This document shows positions 59,962-64,000 of a stretch of DNA of 64,000 nucleotides, one piece after another (the first letter of the stretch is position 1; every line of letters starts with the position of its first letter). Origin of the DNA: Alphaproteobacteria bacterium. GTDB taxonomy: Bacteria; Pseudomonadota; Alphaproteobacteria; UBA2966. A program made the translations under genes and the position numbers. The notes under the pieces were generated by a model. That model saw only the letters and a program-made list of their open reading frames with translations, was not told where the DNA came from and ran no database searches. Where the stretch lies: assembly GCA_964291395.2 (NCBI GenBank), contig OZ219856.1:1824001-1888000 (forward strand). Direction: 5' to 3'.

Positions 59962-61422
59962 GTCTTCTCTCCTTGGACTGGATTGACTGATCCAACGGAC
60001 GCTAAGCTCGCCGTCTCGCGCTCCTTCAAAACTTCCTCTATGCTACGCCATTCCTTTTCCATGACCGCAGCAATACGTTTGTGAACTGTCGCTCGTCGCT
60101 TTAGGCCACGTACCGAGCGTTCTACATCCAAGAGTTCGGCGAGCAACTCTAATTGATACTTCGTGCTTGTCACACACTGACCGCAACAAGACTCCGTCCT
60201 CGTGCGAAAATTGGTAGCCATCATCTTCTTCCACTGTTAATTTACGTCTAAGCACCTCTGATACAATAAGACTTACGCTATCTGACCAGTCGCCCTTCTC
60301 TGTACGCCACAGTCTCCGTATCTCTCTGAGTTCTTCGTCCTGAATGAGAATTATCTTCTCACCCGGTGGAGCATCGCTAGAGATTCTCAGCTGAGCTTCA
60401 AGAAGTTTACGCAAGAATGCCTTGCGATATTCAAGTGTGTACGGTCCAGGTATAGGATCGGAGCGACTTTCGACAAAGGTTACTTTGCCACTGCGTCGCC
60501 GAAACTCTCTCACCGTGGTCTTCCTCTTTGGATCCTGGGTCGAAGCCAATTCATCTCGGAGCTCGAGTAGCGGCTCAAGCCACTCCTCTCCATTATCAAT
60601 TAGGGCTTCCATGGCCCTGTCCCTTGAAACAACGGTGCAAACCCAGCATCCGAATCGAGAGTTCCCGCAACTTTCCGTGTGCTTGTCTACTACAAGCGGA
60701 CACTCCCCTGCTTGCGCGTTCCTATAAAGGGCAAGGAGCTGGCGGTTGTCGACGCCCCAGGGTGATGGCACTTGCAGAAGATAGGTCCATACGTCATCGA
60801 TTGTGAAGGACTCAATGGGAGTGTACACATAGGCGCCTTGAAGGGTGGAATGCCGCGACAGCGGGGAACCCGATATTCGATGAAGCGCCATCACTTGTGC
60901 ACGCGTCGCGCTTTCTGCCTTACGTACCCCTAGCACCATGACAACTTCACCATATTCTGCTACCGTATTCTTAATGAAGGCATTCGCTGGATCGATTTTT
61001 AAGCGCTCAGTGCACCAGCGGAAGCGTTTTGACGGAGCCGGATATCCCCTTCCGATCAAATTTACCCAAAAGCTATTCTCCACCTCGGGAACCACCTTCT
61101 GGGCAGAGATGGGCATGCCCTGTTTGCGGGCGGCATCATTTATTGCTATGAGTGCATTATCGATATAATTGACAATGACGGGAGTCTCGACAAGTGTGTC
61201 GGAACTCAACACATAAATTGGCTTCTTATAATCCGCCTTAGAAAGTGACGCAATCGCGTTCCAGATTAACTGCAAAGCACATGTTGAGTCTTTTCCGCCG
61301 CTGTACCCAATTACCCATGGCCGCTCGTCCGCTTGATAAACGCGTCGGATCTCCTGCTCTAAGTCGCTAACAGAACGAGTAGCCTCATAGGGCTCGTTGT
61401 TCTGGTCAAACAAATCCTGCAT
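59958..61422 (-). CDS. dndC: DNA phosphorothioation protein DndC, with an apparent frameshift near 60150
   Basis: 'PWVIGYSGGKDS', 'DTLVE', 'GRGYPAP..FRWCT.RLKI', 'ECPLV..SCGNSRFGCWVCT'; the open frame ends at 60043, and the likely C-terminus 'LELLAELLDVE..' continues in another frame to 59958, overlapping the dndD start. Confidence 0.9.
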
Positions 61423-62543
61423 CACTCCGCTTCCTCCATGGCACGGTCGTCCGTAGTAATTCTTATCAAACTGTCTTCGGCCACCTTCCCGCGTTCATCG
61501 AGTGGCAAACCGATTGCTCGAAAGAGGACATTAGCGCCCAGAAGTACAGCCCGGCGTTGACCGTTCATCCTCACACCATTCATGACACGTCCCTCCCAAA
61601 GTCCAGAGTTTCGACGTGACCAATCGATTCGTGCAAGTGCTGTAAGGTCTTGTTTCCACTGGGTGGGACGACACTCAAGCAATTTACCACCAAGCACGCC
61701 AAATGCTTGAAGCATAACTCCATGGGCATGTACCGTGTTTTGACGAAGGTCACAGGCTGAATGCGCGCCAGCTTCAAGTCGCCTCCAATCCTCCATGACA
61801 TCGTAGAGCGCTGTCCAATATGTCCTGACGGCATTCTCTGTATCGTCCCCGAAGCGATCCGCCGCCGAACCTACCATCCACTCATGGGCCTGATTGAGGC
61901 TTGACAGAGTGTACAGTTTAGTAGTGCGGTTGGAGAGAGATACCTTTTCAAGTTCGACGAAACTTCTAAAAAATGGCACTTGCTCCAATACACGGGATGA
62001 CAATCGAGATAACGGGCTACGATGATCGAAAAGTACATTGAGAGACCCGGACGGACGAATAGCATTCTTGTTGAGGTCAGCAAACATCTGTTGGCTACGC
62101 TTCAATCCGCGATCAGCAAATACGACAACAGAAATCGTTTCGTTTTCTAGTTCAGGGCGTATCTTAAGTGCTTCCCCAATTGCAGCCATTCGGTGCTGGC
62201 CGTCATTGAGAACAATGCGCGCTTCCATCGGTATGGTTAGGGTTCCTACATTCCGCAATGCAGAATCTTCACCAGCTGAGTGAAAGTCGAGATCCCCATC
62301 GACTGACGCACAGAGAGATGACAGAATGTAGTCTTCCCAATTCGTTGCAAGATAGGCCGCAATCTGCGGCACACGGGCCTTGGATAACACCCGCTGTGCT
62401 CGCATATCGGCTGGTAAGTCTTCATTATCAAAAACGAAAATCCGCTGGACCAATTTCAGCGGAATCATCACAGTGAAATACGCCGTTCGTGCCTGCACCC
62501 CACGAATGGCTGAGAAGCTGTAGGTATTTCCATGCACGCCCAC
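61422..62543 (-). CDS. dndB: DNA sulfur modification protein DndB (DGQHR domain regulator)
   Basis: 'FSAIRGVQA', 'RAQRVL', 'NDGQHR', 'QQMFADLN', 'IDWSR'; start may be GTG 62537. Confidence 0.9.
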   Translation of the reverse strand: MGVHGNTYSFSAIRGVQARTAYFTVMIPLKLVQRIFVFDNEDLPADMRAQRVLSKARVPQIAAYLATNWEDYILSSLCASVDGDLDFHSAGEDSALRNVGTLTIPMEARIVLNDGQHRMAAIGEALKIRPELENETISVVVFADRGLKRSQQMFADLNKNAIRPSGSLNVLFDHRSPLSRLSSRVLEQVPFFRSFVELEKVSLSNRTTKLYTLSSLNQAHEWMVGSAADRFGDDTENAVRTYWTALYDVMEDWRRLEAGAHSACDLRQNTVHAHGVMLQAFGVLGGKLLECRPTQWKQDLTALARIDWSRRNSGLWEGRVMNGVRMNGQRRAVLLGANVLFRAIGLPLDERGKVAEDSLIRITTDDRAMEEAE

Positions 62544-62559
62544 ACCTCCAAGTGAGTGT

Positions 62560-62590
62560 GGAAGTTTATGGAAGTTGGCAGGGAAGTCAA
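62560..62590 (-). promoter_or_regulatory. putative sigma70 promoter of the dnd operon with overlapping direct repeats
   Basis: TTGACT (62590-62585), 16 bp, TAAACT (62568-62563); ACTTCC repeated three times; RBS GGAGGT at about 62549-62544. Confidence 0.55.
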
Positions 62591-62976
62591 GAGAAATCTG
62601 GGGCAGGTGTTGCTAATATCGCGTGGTGCCCGCCACGCAAGGCGACGCCTTGGGATATTGCCACTCCCAATTCAGGTCGTTCAGTTCCAACCCGCCTGGC
62701 CCGTCACTTGTCGATTCGCAGCAGAGTTGACATCTGAAAGCGCCTCCCGACCTTATGGACACCATCCGTATGTCCAGCATGTGACCTGTGAAACAGCTTG
62801 CAATCCCACCCAGTGGGCATACATTGCCGTTCAAGAGAACCCATCGGACTGCCGCCCAGAAAGGGAGATACGGGGTCCGATTACTACGACCCCAGGGACG
62901 CCTCGTGCGTCCCTGTATTTTTTGCGGTGTGACGCGATATGCCCGCTGACGCCCCGGTTCAAGCCCCCGTCATCGA

Positions 62977-63267
62977 GTGCGTGTGTTCGTCGACTTCTGG
63001 AACTACAAGCTTTCCATGCGGGACGCCGACGCGGCGTTCCGCACGGACCGGGCGAAGCTCGGGCCGGTGCTCGCGCTCGCCGCGGCTGCGGTCGTCGATG
63101 TCGCTACCCCCTCGGACCTCGACCTGCCCGGATACCGGCTTCACCCGCTGAAGGGGTATTGGAGCATCTCGATATCCGGCAACCGGCGGTTGATCTTCCG
63201 TTTCGAGGAGGGCGATGCCTACGACGCCCACCCGGTCGACCACCACCAGCGAGAGACCGCGCCATGA
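62977..63267 (+). pseudogene. chimeric remnant: NYN-like N-terminal fragment + C-terminal half of a HigB toxin
   Basis: 'MRVFVDFWN' start, then '[37 protein letters not shown]' (HigB C-terminus). Confidence 0.65.
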
Positions 63268-63480
63268 CGATGAGCAATCCCCCGCATCCCGGACGAAGCA
63301 TCCGGGAGAACTGCCTCGATCCGCTCGACCTGAGCGTCTCCGAGGCGGCAAGGGTGCTGGGCGTCGCCCGTCACACCCTCTCGCGGGTGCTGAACGGCCA
63401 CGCGGCCATCTCCCCGGAGATGGCCATTCGGCTGGAGAAGGCCGGCTGGTCCAGTGCGGAGTTCTGGCTGCGCCGCCCTG
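63264..63480 (+). pseudogene. higA: HigA-family antitoxin, C-terminus apparently replaced
   Basis: '[54 protein letters not shown]'; diverges after FWLRR. Confidence 0.75.
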
Positions 63481-63710
63481 ACGGACGAAGAGGCCGCGCG
63501 CATCGAAGGCATTTACCGGGACGTGTTCGCCAACGATGAACGTGCGTAACCGAACCAGGCCCTGTCATAGCGTCCAAGAAGGCCCGCTTCACGGCATGGC
63601 ATGGCGGAAACAGCCCGTGAGCGGGCTTGCCCCTCCGGGCGTCGCATAGGGGTAAGAGCCGTGCCGGGGCTCCACCGGGCCACGTCGCCGGCGCCCACGC
63701 CCGGGCATTG

Positions 63711-64000
63711 CTACCGCCCGAACGGCACCGCCTCGACGTCCTCGATCCGTTCGTCCCCGGTGAAGCGCCAGACGCCGACGTGGCCGCGGCGCAGGTCGCC
63801 GTTCCCGTCCCAGTCCATGCCGCCCGAGGCGCCTTCGTAGTCGATCTCCCCGCCCCCGGCGAGAATGCGCAGCGCGTCGGCGACGCCCCGCGGGCCGGCG
63901 GTCACCACCGTGCCCGGCCCGCCGCCGACCGCCCGCAGCCGGTCGCGGATGGCGGCGCCGTCCACCCGGCCGGCGGCCTGCGCGGCGAGCGCCAGGACGA
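63711..64000 (-). CDS. C-terminal part of a branched-chain amino-acid-type ABC substrate-binding protein (runs off the window)
   Basis: 'VLALAAQAAG..DGAAIRDRLRAV..PG..EIDYEGASG..DWDGNGD'. Confidence 0.75.
   Translation of the reverse strand, partial: VLALAAQAAGRVDGAAIRDRLRAVGGGPGTVVTAGPRGVADALRILAGGGEIDYEGASGGMDWDGNGDLRRGHVGVWRFTGDERIEDVEAVPFGR

Noticed and set aside
1-64000. CRISPR arrays, tRNA (including tRNA-Sec), rRNA and sel genes
   Set aside because: No repeat-spacer array, cloverleaf or selA/selB/selD-like ORF was recognised by eye; Sec machinery would have to lie outside the window.

Overview
GC-rich bacterial DNA, probably proteobacterial. Bases 1-44.2 kb are a dense patchwork of catabolic and transport genes: a SsuABC/TauABC-type ABC transporter, acyl-CoA dehydrogenases, an old yellow enzyme, two orphan TRAP receptors, tandem amidases, three Rieske oxygenases, a CoA-transferase III/CitE pair, phnX, an OmpR two-component system, and GMC/MlrC/CMD genes, several with single indels. 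Bases 44.4-49.5 kb are mobile-element debris: a Mu-like DUF3486/HTH pair with a partial duplicate, a DUF4143 ATPase, a helicase stub and a dead IS256. About 49.5-62.9 kb is a visibly more AT-rich defence island: dndBCDEA (DNA phosphorothioation) converges on a pbeABCD-like operon extended by a coupled DUF262-DUF1524 (GmrSD/SspE-like) gene. The most striking observation is at 11688-13232 (-). Two ORFs there form one reading frame of a linalool dehydratase/isomerase (LinD/Ldi)-family protein, split only by an in-frame TGA. The TGA aligns with the second catalytic Cys, and an fdhF-like SECIS hairpin (loop GGUCU) starts after an 11-nt spacer. This is a strong candidate selenocysteine-containing (de)hydratase/isomerase. 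All family assignments come from motif recognition by eye; no searches were run.
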